Assembly: GCA_013239625.1 (NCBI GenBank)
Contig: MU054098.1
Span: 1,923,104 to 1,987,103 of the forward strand
Origin: Lama guanicoe
Taxonomy: Eukaryota
DNA: 64,000 nucleotides
Reading direction: 5' to 3'
Position 1 is the stretch's first letter, and the number at the start of each line of letters is the position of its first letter. Shown here in pieces: positions 44,249-57,862 of the stretch. The notes beneath the pieces are model-generated. The model worked only from the letters and a program-made list of their open reading frames with translations. It was not told the origin of the DNA and searched no databases. A program made the position numbers and the translations under genes.

Positions 44249-45331
44249 TAAGGAAGGTTAAAGAGACACATTTTACAGAGAGCCCTGATTAAGATACATG
44301 CTCACGTGGCAATGAAAAGGAGTGATGGTCCCAATTCTAGAGAAGACGATATAGCAGGTTGGCTTTTTGTGCCCCTGAGAGGCTAGCTGCATATTTAGGA
44401 GTGCCTTCCACCCTCTGATGTCTCACTGAGAGAACACCGGTTGAAGCCAAGGCCTTAGATGATAAGAATCCTGAGTTCTATTTGGGTGGGAAGGAAAATA
44501 ACTTCAATTTCCTCTTAAAAATTCTCAGCTTTGGCCTTTGCCGTGCGGGACCTTTTGTCTTTGTCCAAAGCCCATGTGGCCTTTGTGTCATTCAAAATTG
44601 TAGACTTCCAGCCTTTTCTGTGTTCTTTCCCCCCATATAATAGGAATACACAGAGTTCTAGTTAAGCTAAATGGAGCTGGGTGGCAGGTTTTCATTACCA
44701 GAATGATCTGAGATGAGAACAGAATGTACTTTTTCATTCCATTCCTCTCCATTCCTTCCCCTCTAATCAAAGCCCCAGAAGTATTGTGGATACCACGAGG
44801 AACATTTTTAGAGCCTGAGGAAATAAGCTATATATATTTTTATTTTAGCTCTTTTAGTTGCTTCTAATACCTTTCTTGGCCGTCTGACACTTACAGTGTC
44901 CTTTGGTTAGGGTAGGTATTTGGAGGACCATGGTCATGATTAGAACCTTAGATTACACGGTTACTCTCATCCTCATCTGTGACCACAGACTTCTTTCCCT
45001 GATCCTTTCCAGCTGTCTGGTAATGAATGGCGTTGGTTATATGTGGAACTGAGTAGAAGCATTCTAACAGCTCAGTGGAAATCAATCACCATTGGAGAAA
45101 AAATCAAAACAGATAGTCAGGACACTTAAAGGTTTAGTATACCGTGCTGGGGGGTGGAGAATGAGAACCAGAAGGGATCTGGCAAGTGTGAAAGAAACTT
45201 AACCGTAGTGGGAAGGGCCTGACAAACTGATACCTGGGTTCACTGGAGGCAAAAGTAAAGAATGTGGAACCACTCATATTTCTCCCGAACCTCCCACGAG
45301 GGAGAAGACGCAGTCGGGTGTCTGTATGTGA

Positions 45332-46020
<689 letters not shown>

Positions 46021-46291
46021 GTAATAATTCTCTGTGGGTTCTGCCCGGAATCACAGATTTGGTTGCCAGCACCTGCTGCGTAGGCACAGTTGATCACTTG
46101 GCCAGAGTTCTAAAGCAGATTAATCAGAAGAGATAAGGGCAGAGAGTCTGTGACTTCTCCAGGATAGGAACAGGGATGAGTCAAGGCCATTCTCCCAGTA
46201 GAAGTAAATGCTCAGTTGAACAAGAAGGGGAAGGGAGCGAGCAAATCTCACTTTGCCATTGGCTTGATGGGGGCTCTCAAGCTATTTCTAA

Positions 46292-46444
<153 letters not shown>

Positions 46445-49400
46445 ATGGCCTAATCCGGAGCTGCAGTTTATCAGCAAGAATGCTTTTTATCATTTTTCCC
46501 TTTTGTTTGTTCTTATTTTGAGGGTGAGGACAAGGGTTGGGGTGGGATGTTTTTTAAAGGGACTTTTTATTGAAACAACATAGTACTTAGGTGACACCAT
46601 TTGAACTCCAGTCTATTCTGGTACACTTAGAGAGTACTCTAAAGCCAGATCAATCAGAATGTGCTCTGAAGTTTATTGTTTGGATTTATACAAATACTGG
46701 GACTGTTGATAGCTAGATCTACATCAATGTTTTCAATGCTGAAATTTGTTTAGCATTTCCATATTCCAGATCATTCTTTTATTGAAGAGCACAGTATGTT
46801 TGGAAGACAGTGTGTAACATGTAGTTCAGAAGTGGGAAGCTGGAGAGAATTTGCGTGTGTGCTGTTTTGTATAGTTACCATCTAGGCAGCATCCAGAGAG
46901 AGCTCTCATCTTGGGCTCACGAAAGGGAGTAGTTTTAGGAGCCACGTAAACTGGAGAAAAGGTAGGGAGTATTGGGGTGTGGAAGGGTGCTGGAGCTAAT
47001 TTTCCCTCCCAATTTCCCAGCTACCCTGGGCCAGGGGATTGTGTTTATCTTTATTTCAGTGGTGCTTTGGAAGTGGATTCTTTTGGTTCCCTCGTGGAGG
47101 TTCATACATTCATATATATACTCTGGAGTAATTTATGCACTTGGAGAATTAATATATTGCTTTCAGATGCTAGGAGAGTCAATTAGCTGAATGATGTACA
47201 ACTTCCTCTCTCTTAGGGAGTTAGACCATCAGAGGCCTTGATGGAGAGTTGCATGAAGTGCTGTATGCAGACTTACGTGGTCTGTGTGTAGCCAGGAACA
47301 CAGCTCGCTTGCCTTTCCGGAGACCATTCTGCCTAGTGTTTATTTCTTCTCCAGCACAAATTCACTGGCTGTGTCCCTAGTCTCAAATTGCCAATTTGCA
47401 AAATGAGGAAGCATTTTTGTTGACGGGTTGAATGCTTTGAATTTCTGATGACTACTTTGAAATAACTCATGTGGTTTTCCCAAATTCTTAGCAAACATCT
47501 TAAACGGTATCTTTGCGTATCACCTCCAAGGGAAATGCATCAGAAGCCCAAAGTGCTATGCTGCAGTCGGGTGGGGAGGGGCTGTGGCAGCTACCTCTTC
47601 TCACTGCCAGTGACTCCATCTTGGAATGCCTTGGGAGAACAGCAGGAACTGCACACATGGGCAGGGACCAAAGAGGCCATGGCTCCAAGCTCTGCCTTAG
47701 GGCTGCCTCCGGGGACATGGAAGGGCTGCCTGTTGCCACAGGTCTCTGCTCTGTGTCACCTCTCTGCCCTTCATTAAGGTGACAAATCCACAATGTCATT
47801 AAGATCAGTTTTCAAAGGTATGGGGAGGTGAGGGGAGTGGGGGTTGTTAGGTAAGGGTGGGGGGTAGAGGTTTGGGGATACGTTAGTTAGAAACGAAATT
47901 AATAGAAGAGTAGGCCTGATATATTACGTTGTGAGGCATAGTGGCTGCAAGGAACTTTAGCAGTATAGCCCTACCCCCTCATTTTAGTAATGAGGAATCT
48001 GAGACCTGGAGAGGTTAAGTAACTGTTTCTAGATCACACAACACACCTTTCCACTCTGCCAATTACCATGCTTATTTGGGGAAATCCTTATGTACAAAAA
48101 GCCCCATTTTAAGAAAAGACATTGACACGGTCCAGGGCATATGCATTTTGGAAAATGTCCCTGGCTTGAGTAGTTAGTCCAGGGTTCTAAATTCCGATCT
48201 TGCCTCTCCTGCAGTGCCTTTTGCAAGGTTTTCCCTTTCCTGATCCTTATTTCAACACTGAGTCACATGAAACATCCCCCCTAAGAAATCAATCAAGTTC
48301 ACTACTTCTCTTGCTATAGGATTGGCTGTCTGGGATCATCTTACAGGCTTCCTCTGTGAGTACAGACATGGTGTGTTTAGCAGTATTCTTGTGTCGTTCC
48401 TAAAAGGAATGATTTTGTACGTGGTGGGAGAGAGATAGGAGGGAAGGTGATGTGATTTGCAGCCAGTCTTGACATTTCCAATAATGAACTAATCATCCTA
48501 CATATCAATCCTCAGTCATCAAGCGAATCCCAAATAGAAATTAAAAGGGCAGTTGTGTTAATACTCACTCATACTACCCTGTAGTCTATAAGGAAAAAAA
48601 AAACTCTCAAATAATAAAAGCAGAAAGTAGCAAACTTCAGGACTACTACTTTCTAGCCAAATAAATTTTTAAAAAAGAAAAAGAAAGCTTTCATCTACTC
48701 CTTTTGCAGTTACAACACATTGCCAGAATTTTTGCTAGCTCTGGGAGCCATCATTTTCATCACATTCTGTAAGGTGACAAATGTCATACATTCCACACTG
48801 TGTGGCAGCCATCTCTTTAGACTCATATACTTGGGAGAAAACAGGAAGTTCTTGGCCAAGTCCTATTTGGAACTTTCCACTTCTCTGCCCCTCACACCAG
48901 AGGCAGTCCCTCTTGGCTCAGTTTTTAATCCCAGGTAATTTGCTAAAAGAATATGGTACATCTAAGAGATGGAAGAAGCCCATGTCAGTGTATTATGTTT
49001 ACGAGGATGAGATTCAGCCTTTTCAGAAAATCTCTATTAGGTGTCATTTTAAACTTTCAGGTTTATGGGAGAAATCTCAAGTTAGCCGCCCTTTCGCGAT
49101 TGTGTGGATGTAACATTTGGGGGATCTTTCTGGACTCCCATCTATCTATGCATTTTACTGGCACCTCAGGACAGGAGGGTGACCTTGTTGTCTTAATTTG
49201 TACTGCCTGGTGGTCTCTGGGGACCTTCTAAGTCAATTGTACACCAGTGTCCCATGTACAGAAAAACTTCATTAGAACAAACTTTACTTGATATAAAATT
49301 CCTAGTAACAATTTTTTTATTAAATAAGACTAGCTTGAGCTTTCTTTTAAGATCATGTATCTCGATTGTTGTTTTAATGAAGGATTTATTTTCAGTGCTG

Positions 49401-50365
49401 CTTTTGAGCTTCAGGATAACAGGATAGCAAGATCCTGAAATACCTGCCATCATCTGCCATAGGAAACACACCAAGGGACCCATCGTGCTCTTTTTCTTGT
49501 TACGCAGTTGGGTGGGGACAATTGGAAAAGGAACAAACTGATTGTGCAAACTACTTTTTACGAAGAGCCTAAACTCTCATGATGCGGCAGCTTCAAGTGT
49601 ATACATATACACTAACTTTTATAAATTCTATTCTCATATCTGTTAGCCATACAATCTCCTAGTATCGCAATCGCTCATTCACATATGGAATGTGTTGCTT
49701 AAAATGTGTGCATTCTTACTGAACATGTTTTCAAAGGAAGGCATCAGCTATGGGCTAATTGCCACCAATTTCAGCCCGCCATGATCTTGGAAATAGACCT
49801 TCCAAGTACCATCCATCATCAGTTGGACAAGTGTTGGGAGTTTGTTTATTTTTTTCCAGTAGCAACGATGGGTTCCATGGAGCCATCAAACCTCCTTCTG
49901 GCCTCCCTTGTGATTGATGGCTTGTGTTTGTAAAATGGATAGCTGGGGTTGGCAGATGGCTAGACAGGAATCACCTTTGGTTTAAAAATGTATGTGGCCC
50001 CAGAATGATTGAGACCCCATTCTGTAATCAACTGAGTTAGTTCCAATAAAGTTAAGCAGGTTTGAATCCACTTTGTGCCTATCTTTTCACTGACAATAAA
50101 GTTAGCTATTTTAAAATGCAATGCTGTGTGGAAAATGCTTTGGTGTTTACCCAACAGAGGCTTTATTTGTGCTGTACCATGATTACTTTCAAGTCAGTAT
50201 GCAGTGAAATTGCCTTTCAAGGGCAGCATGTGGCAGAATTTGCATTTGCTTAAAGTATGGAATGTGATTATAAAGTCTTAAGACACCACCACCACGGGCC
50301 ACATGGTCTAATCGGTTCCTTTATATATTCCGGCAGCATATATTAAAAGCTTTGCATCTTTTTAT
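46445..50365 (+). other. AMOT: AMOT 3' UTR (end approximate)
   Basis: Follows the stop codon and is largely repeat-poor. Poly(A) signal candidates: AATAAA 50045-50050, AATAAA 50095-50100, and ATTAAA 50342-50347 followed by a T-rich stretch. Confidence 0.6.
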
Positions 50366-51505
50366 CTCTTGCTTCCAAGGGATAAAATGATGACCACCCA
50401 AAGCAGAGAATTCATCCTTTGGTTAGTATTTTGGAAGGCCCCTTGATGTTCCTTTTGTACCCTTGTTCTTATGCCAATTCATCAGTTTTGGTTGAGGGAG
50501 CTTGTTATTAAAAGCAAATCAAAACCACAAACAAGTTGGCTCTTTTCACTGAAAATGTTAAAGCTGCCTTTACACTGCCCTCTCTGTTCCTCCTCTTTAC
50601 CACTGAGTCCCAGCCTGACCGGGGAGACTAAGATCCCACAGGCTTTGAAATGACACTTTTCACAGTGAAACTGGGCTTGATGGGTGTTGCAAAATGGATG
50701 GGGAGAGGGTCTAGAATTCATTCAATTCTAAATTTGATTTTTTAAAAATTAAATTGGACTACATTCCCTCCATATTTATGATGAGTACTTTGAAAACTGT
50801 ACGTGCGAAAGCCCACTCCTCTTTTTTAGGACACACCTTCTCACAAAGCTTTGCAAAGTATTCCTTTTAGAAATATATCATGCCTAATTCTTAAAGAGCC
50901 ATCACGTGTGAAGAGAAAAAGCAAGTATTCCTTCAAAAGTGACCAAGACCGCATGGTAGGAGCATTCCTACATACTCTCCAGTATTATAACTGATCTTAT
51001 TATCTGTGTGGAACTTCACATTCCATCGTGTGGGCCTCCCCTCCATGGTAAGTGATCTGCACAGTCTATGAGTTACACATTGCAGAAAAAAGCACTCCCT
51101 ACTTCTTGCTTTCTCTACCACCATCTTATCCCACAGGAAGTTTTTTATTGGAGGAAAAAAGGATAGGCGATTTGGTCTTAGAATACTTTCTACAATAATT
51201 GGCAGTCACCCTGGTATTTGAATGAAGACCCTCAAATGACAGGACTTAGTTTCCAAAAAGAAAAATGTTTCCCACAACACCAAAGTTTCATACCACATCC
51301 AACTACTTCCTCCTCAGATGCACAAACTGGCCAAGCCCAGGGTATTTATTTTGGCTTCCATGTTTTTTCATTTGCTACTGTCTCTACCGAAGGTTTTAGG
51401 CATGTGCAAGAGTTGTTGAATAACTACATATTCCACGTTGCCATTGTGTACAGGGCCCCAAAGTTATAAAAAATACAGTCCATGATTCTAGTTTATCAGA
51501 GAAAA

Positions 51506-51512
51506 CCACACT

Positions 51513-51547
<35 letters not shown>

Positions 51548-51553
51548 GCACAC
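51506..51553. repeat. (CA)n microsatellite
   Basis: Direct reading. Confidence 0.9.
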
Positions 51554-52559
51554 ATAGACACATTTACGATTCATTGTGATGTGTGAAATGGGAACAGTGA
51601 ACAAGATACAGAACTAGGACAAAGGAGGGAATGATGGGATGGAACAGAGAGTGTATGTGTGTGGGAGGATCTAAACTGAGCTTTGAAGGATGCACAGGTG
51701 TTACCCTGATGAACTAGGTCATGGGGACGAACATTCCATGCAGAAGAAATAGTACGTACAAGGCAATTTCACTTTGTCAGACATGCCATCAAATGAAGAC
51801 TATGTTTCCAAGATCAAAGTCTGTAGAGAACTACTCTGAATTTTAACAACCTCTTAATGGAAACTTAAAAACTCACTCAATTAGGTGGTAGAACACACTG
51901 GTCAAAAGTCAAAAGAACATGGAGTTCTAGTCCTAAATCTGCTGCTAAACAGATGTTTATCTTTGGATACATCCCTTAACAGAATCAAAGAAGTTTATCA
52001 GTAAAATGAGGATAAATACCTCTCCCTGTGGACCTCCTGGAGACGGGATAAGAGAACTTCACAAAGTGAGAATATAGAAAGGCCAGTCAAAACAATGGGC
52101 CAAATCTATAGAGATGAAGTGGTTCATTTAACTTTTTATCAAAGAACAATTCAAATTTGCACAAAACCAGAATGGTATAAGGGACTTCCATGTGTCCATT
52201 ACTGGGCTTCAGCAATTGTCAACATATGGCAAGTCTTGCTTTATTTATCTCCCCTACACATCCACCCTATATTGTTTTGAAGCACATCTCAGACATCATA
52301 GCATTTCACCCCAAAATATTTAAGTATGCATAAAGATGACATTTTTTAATAATGAAAAATTTAAAGTGCTACTCTTGGAACCAAAATGTCTAACCCACCA
52401 ACCAATCAAAATGATAGTGTGTTTGTGCTTTGCTGCTTAACAAAACTTTGATACCACAACTCTTGCCTTAAACTGAAACTTAAAGTCTCAAAAAATGGAG
52501 GAGTTCATCCTCCCATAATTCACATATCAAAGGGGAAGATATTTTCTTTGAAGGCCACC

Positions 52560-53400
52560 CAAGCAGGTTCTAAGCTACTACTCATCCTCCACTCGTAGAA
52601 AAAGCTCCAGCTCCTTTAGAGTCTGTCATTCATCTGTTCCTTGTTTCCTCTCCTCTACCGATTTGGTCACTATGCTAAGTGCACTGATGATGGTGGCCCC
52701 CAGATCACAGTTATTCTCTCCAGGTACAAAGACCCAGTTAGCATCCTGCCCTATCAGCCCTTTCCAAAGCCACAGACTGCTACATCCATTCCACTTGAAT
52801 CTGCTGTGCCCATGGCTAACCCAGATTTTGTCATCATGCAGAACTGCTCCACCACAGAAGTCACATACACCAGTACCCCACTCTCTAGCCACTGTCTTCC
52901 ACCCTCCTGGTTCTCCTCTTCCCACTCTATCTGCCTTTTGACTTCCAAGAGACTTCAAAGTCTTTTGATGCCCCCATTTCCTCCTAAGTATTTAGCCCTG
53001 ACCTACCTGATCTGGACCTCATGAACTTTCAAATCATCCGTACCCATTAAAACCTCAATCTCTCATCATGAGCCAGGAACTTATGAGTCATGACTGACAC
53101 TTCCCTCTCCCTCATAGCTGATATCTAATCCATCACTGATCTTAACAAAAGAAATCATAAAACCATTCACTACTCTCCAACTCTACTGCCAACCACCTAT
53201 TTTAAGCTATCACTATTTTTCACCTAGACTATTTCAATAGCATAGTAACTGATCTGCCATGTTCACCCTTGCTCTACTCTTTTATTATATCTATTTAGCA
53301 ACAAATTTTATATTTATTCAGCAGCAAATATAGTTCATATCAAGTCATTCCCCTGTTTAAAATCTTTCAAAAGTTTCCCCTTGCTAAGTGAATGAAGTGA
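52560..53400 (+). mobile_element. Degraded L2 LINE segment
   Basis: CT-rich L2-like text: actatttttcacctagactatttcaatagcatagtaactgatctgcc...tcaagtcattcccctgtttaaaatctttcaa. Confidence 0.55.
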
Positions 53401-53609
53401 GACCACAAGAGTCAAACAATTAACCTGAAATTTTCTAGTTGATGGACTGGAAATTAAAACCCAGATATCTTGGACTCTTACTCCAGTAGAATCATTATCA
53501 TGACTTATTCTGATCATCTTCGTTTTCTTATGCTTACAGGGCACTACTGCTCTGACGTCATTGTTTTCGCTGATTCTCATCTAGAACAGTACTTCTTGAT
53601 GTCCTCTCC

Positions 53610-53790
53610 AAACTTTCTTATCAGAATCACCTCAGGGAGGTGTTTATTCTGTGCACACTCCCTGGATTTGCCCTCAGAGTACTTATCCTGTAGTTCTAGG
53701 GTAAGGACCAGGAATTTGTAGTTTAACAAGATTCCCAGGAGATTTTGACGTAGTTCGTCCTGAGACTATATACTTTGAGAAACACTGGCT
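53610..53790. mobile_element. MER5-type hAT MITE
   Basis: ctccaaactt...atcagaatcacctcagggag...ccaggaatttgtagtttaacaagattcccaggagattttga...ctttgagaaacactgg. Confidence 0.7.
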
Positions 53791-54821
53791 AAGGATATCC
53801 TGGCATTTATCTTACTTCCCTTCCCCTCTTCAGTTCCTCTGCTACATAAAGACTCTCAACTGCACACAGTTAAATGAATAAGTTCAGTTTGAACATTAGG
53901 TATTACGTACACCCTTACTTCAGTAGGCAGCCATTTTATTTTCTTCATTCACACTTAGTACCTATGGTGGTTGGATTTACTGCTCTGATCAAACAAGACA
54001 TACTGTTGGTTACTTCTGTTATAGGTTTACATGGTTTATAGTCCTTGAGACAACCACAGCCATATGTATGATCTTGGTCAGCTCATTTAATTCCAATGGC
54101 TGTTCTATATGACGTCACTGGATTATGATCTCTAATGTCCCTTTTGATTCTTATATTTCTTGATTCCAGGAGACTAAATACTACCTCTCAGGTCATAAAG
54201 TCTTTCACATGGATCCAAAATTGGTTATGTGGCACAGAGAAAAGACCTTAAAATCTGAATATATTGAAAATATTCTATAGGCCTAAAATCTATTCATCAA
54301 ACTCAAAAATTTTTTTCCACTGGTTCTGCCCGCACTTGACAGTTTATTTCCCCCATCTTGGCTATACCTACTTCATTCTCCTATTATATGTGTCATTTTC
54401 CCAAGAAGACATGTCCACAAGAATACATTTCCCAGAAAAGTCTTAGGAGATCAAAACAGAGGGAAGGTAGAATAGTTTACGTTTCTTTCAAGCCATCTGT
54501 CCATGGTAATTTGCATCTATCCAGTTGAAGGGGGTTGAGTGGCACAAACAAGGGAGGGTAAAAGAGAAATAATCAAGGCATGAGTCACATTGCAATAGAT
54601 GGCTAAGAGAACGGTGGCATTTGCTGAGCCACCATGATACCCATGGGACTAACTAGATCTAGGAAAAGGAGAAAGGGAAATAAATATTTTGTAACCTGCT
54701 AGGTGTTAAAAACTAGTTGTGTGACAAACGCATAACATATGTATCCTCCCCAACCACCAAAGTTAAAAGATCCAAAAAACAAAAAGAATGTATCTGTTAA
54801 AACTCTTTTCTTCCTCTCACA

Positions 54822-56250
54822 ACTAGAGGCAAATCCACATCTTGTGCCTTTTGAAACAGACAATTTGGAAAGCCCTCTTTATGAAAAAGAATTTTTTAAA
54901 TTATAAATAGCCAATCAGAATTAAAGTACTTATTTGGAACGAGAAGTCACAACTAATTACAAAATTTAAAAAGCTGACAAATACCACAAACATAACAATA
55001 AAAAAGCAGTATTTTTTAAAACCCACACCTCTATAATCCTTTTTTCCTACACTTTTGGCTTCATATTTGTGTTGGCTTCTTCATATGACAATAGTTTTGC
55101 CATATCATTTTCTATCTAGAGAATAGGAAGCATGGAAGCATCCACTAGCATGGTTAATCCAAATGTATTAATATTATTGATAGTTGGAAAGCTAAAGTAG
55201 GCAACTTCACACACTTGAAGTACAACTGATGCTTACAAAACTGATTCAGGTTTGTGTTCTACATACATAAGAATTCTGATAAATTATATTTTATGCAATT
55301 CTAATTACAGAATAAATAAAGTACTATGCATAGTTGTATACATTGTGTTACTGAGTATATTTCTAACAGAAGAAAACTTTCTCTGTTTTTAGACATTAAT
55401 GAGAACTGAATACTCTGCATACCATTTTGTACATCAGGGGGTTAAAGGGCTTTTCCACAGATTAGTATCTGGATCCATACATTTCCAACCTTATTTCAGT
55501 ACCCACGCACATTCAGTGCCAAGAACTACAAGACACATTCATATATCGATAAGACCTTTGGCTTTGCACCTTTGTATTACCATGCTGGATAAGTCAGCAG
55601 AGTGAGCAGTAGAGGTATTTCTGGAAGTCATTCCTTTACCAGGATGATTTAACAATGATTTATCTATACACAGGACTGACTGCAAACCACATAAATATGT
55701 CACTGAACACAAACTAAATGTATCTCCCACTGAACTTTCCCTTTGCTGGATCATGAGAGAAAGTGTAAGAGATGGAATGACAGTGGCATGAGACAGCAGA
55801 TATACAAGTCAGGGTTCTGCAGAAAAACAAAACATAAGAGAAGGGGGAGGGAGGGAGAGAGACAAAAGTGGATATTGGGAAGCTATCAAGTCTGAAATAT
55901 TGAGGCAAAATTGTTTTTGCTCTGAGAAGCCTCAGTCTTTGTTCTTAAGGCCTTCAACTGATTGGGTGGGGACTACTCGTATTATGAAAAATCATCTGCT
56001 TTACACAAAGTCAACTGATTTAAATGTTAATCAGATCTACAAAATATATTCATAGGACGCTAGACTAGTGTTTCACCAAACAACTGGGCACCGTAGCCAA
56101 GTTGGCTCATAAAGCTAATGATCCCATCAGTCTTAACCAACTTTAACCAACAGGTTAAACTCTCCCATTTTTACAAATATTATAGAAACACACTACTGTG
56201 TGAACCGATTGCTAGGAACCCTCCTAGGGCATTGGAATAGGCTTGTGCAA
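54822..56250. mobile_element. hAT-Tip100 (Zaphod/MER115-like) DNA transposon relic interrupted by an LTR
   Basis: Left end agaggcaaatcca...ccctctttatgaaaaaagaa...aagctgacaaataccacaaacat; right part ttgctaggaaccctcctagggcattggaa...tgtgcaa. Family assignment from memory. Confidence 0.5.
55800..56130 (-). mobile_element. MLT2 (ERVL) LTR fragment
   Basis: gtcagggttctgcaga...cttaaggccttcaactgattgg...aagtcaactgatttaaatgttaatc...ctagactagtgttt...caactgggcaccgtagccaagttg. Confidence 0.8.
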
Positions 56251-57555
56251 TTCATATCCTACATCCAACCCATCAGTACATCCCATCAGTTCCATCTTCA
56301 AAATATACCCAGAATCTGATCACTTCTACTGAGTTCTGCTAGTTTTACCATCTTCTGTTGTAGCACCATCTCCTCTAGAATTTGTTCATCTCCACTTTGC
56401 GTTCTTCATTCAGAGAGTTGGTTACCTCATTATTTTTTAATTTTATGGAGGAATTTTTGGAAACAATTTTCATCTACTCAGCGGCAAAATTGCTTATGGT
56501 GTTTTGTTTTTGTTGGACATTTCCACCTTTTAAAAGATAGTATACTTTTATCAATACTGTGTCAGTTCCTTTTTTATTATCCATCCTTGAGTGATTTAGA
56601 TTATCCTGTCTCAGCTATTTGCAGGAGATTACCACGATGGAAAACGAGCCAGGGTAGCCTTCCATGTTTCACTATCCAAAAACTCTATCCGTAAAGGCAA
56701 AGAGATGGATACCTTATAGCAAATATGGCTCCTCTCTGAGGTTCTTTGTCTAGTCATGTTTTGTCGCTTCTCTGAGCCAAACTTAGTCTAGGAGGGCATC
56801 TGCCCCTGCTCTACTCATCCCAGTCCTTGGGCCTGTTGTTGCAAACGAGGGGATTAGCTTTTACACGTCAGGATGTACCAGTAACCTTCAGGAAGTATAT
56901 TTTTGTTGAAGCTTCCTAAGATCTGCTGTGTTTTTTCTACTCTCAGTGCTTCTCTTCACTTCCCATGCCTTCTTCCCATTCCTCCCCTATCTCAAATACT
57001 TTTGGCAGCTGCAGTTTGGAGTCTGGAGATTATATCTGTCTTAGTAGATAAATGGAGCCCGGGGTGGGGTAGGGGGAGGGTGGGCGTTCCATTCTCCTTT
57101 TTGCTCTTGCATGATTTCCAAGAAGTGCAAGGGAAAATGCTGACTGATGCAGACATATTAATACTGTAAATGACCCTATTTTTGTTCATTACAATATCCT
57201 CAGAGCCTAGAATGGTGCCTGATATAAAGTAGGTGCTTACTAAATATTTTTTCGATGAATGAATAAATGGAGTGAATGAATGACACTGCATTCTACATTC
57301 CTATATCTGAGCTGTTATGGCTGCTGGAGAAAGATGAATAGTTTAGTGCTACTACACACTCAGAGGCTCTGGTTCTAGTTGAGAACTTCTGTCTTTGCCC
57401 TTGGCCAGTTTGGCCAGTTTCCTGTTCTCTGGAAAATACTCCCCACATAGCACTCTCCTCACACAGTCTGCAATTACCTGTCTCCCTCCCTCACAGATAG
57501 CGTCAACTCCCACTTCCATGTGAAAGCAGAGTTGTCAATTGGGAACCCAAGGCTC

Positions 57556-57862
57556 ATATTAAACATATACAGCAGTAGGTATAGGGATGTATTGTGCAAC
57601 ATGCTAAAGATAATTAACATTGTTGTATGTTAGATATGAAAGTTGTTAAGAGAATAAATCCCAAGAGTTCTCATCACAGGGAAAACAATTTTTTTCTATT
57701 TCCTTATTATTGTATCTATGTGAGATGATGGATGTTCACTAAACCTATTTTGATGATCATTCCATGATGTATGTAAGTCAAAGCATTACGCTGTACACCT
57801 TTAACTTACACAGTGCTGTGTGTCAATTATATCTCAATAAAACTGAAAGAAAATAAATAACA
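57556..57862 (+). mobile_element. L1 3' UTR end
   Basis: gaaagttgttaagagaataaatcccaagagttctcatcac...gctgtacacctttaacttacacagtgctgtgtgtcaattatatctcaataaaactg followed by an A-rich tail. Confidence 0.85.
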
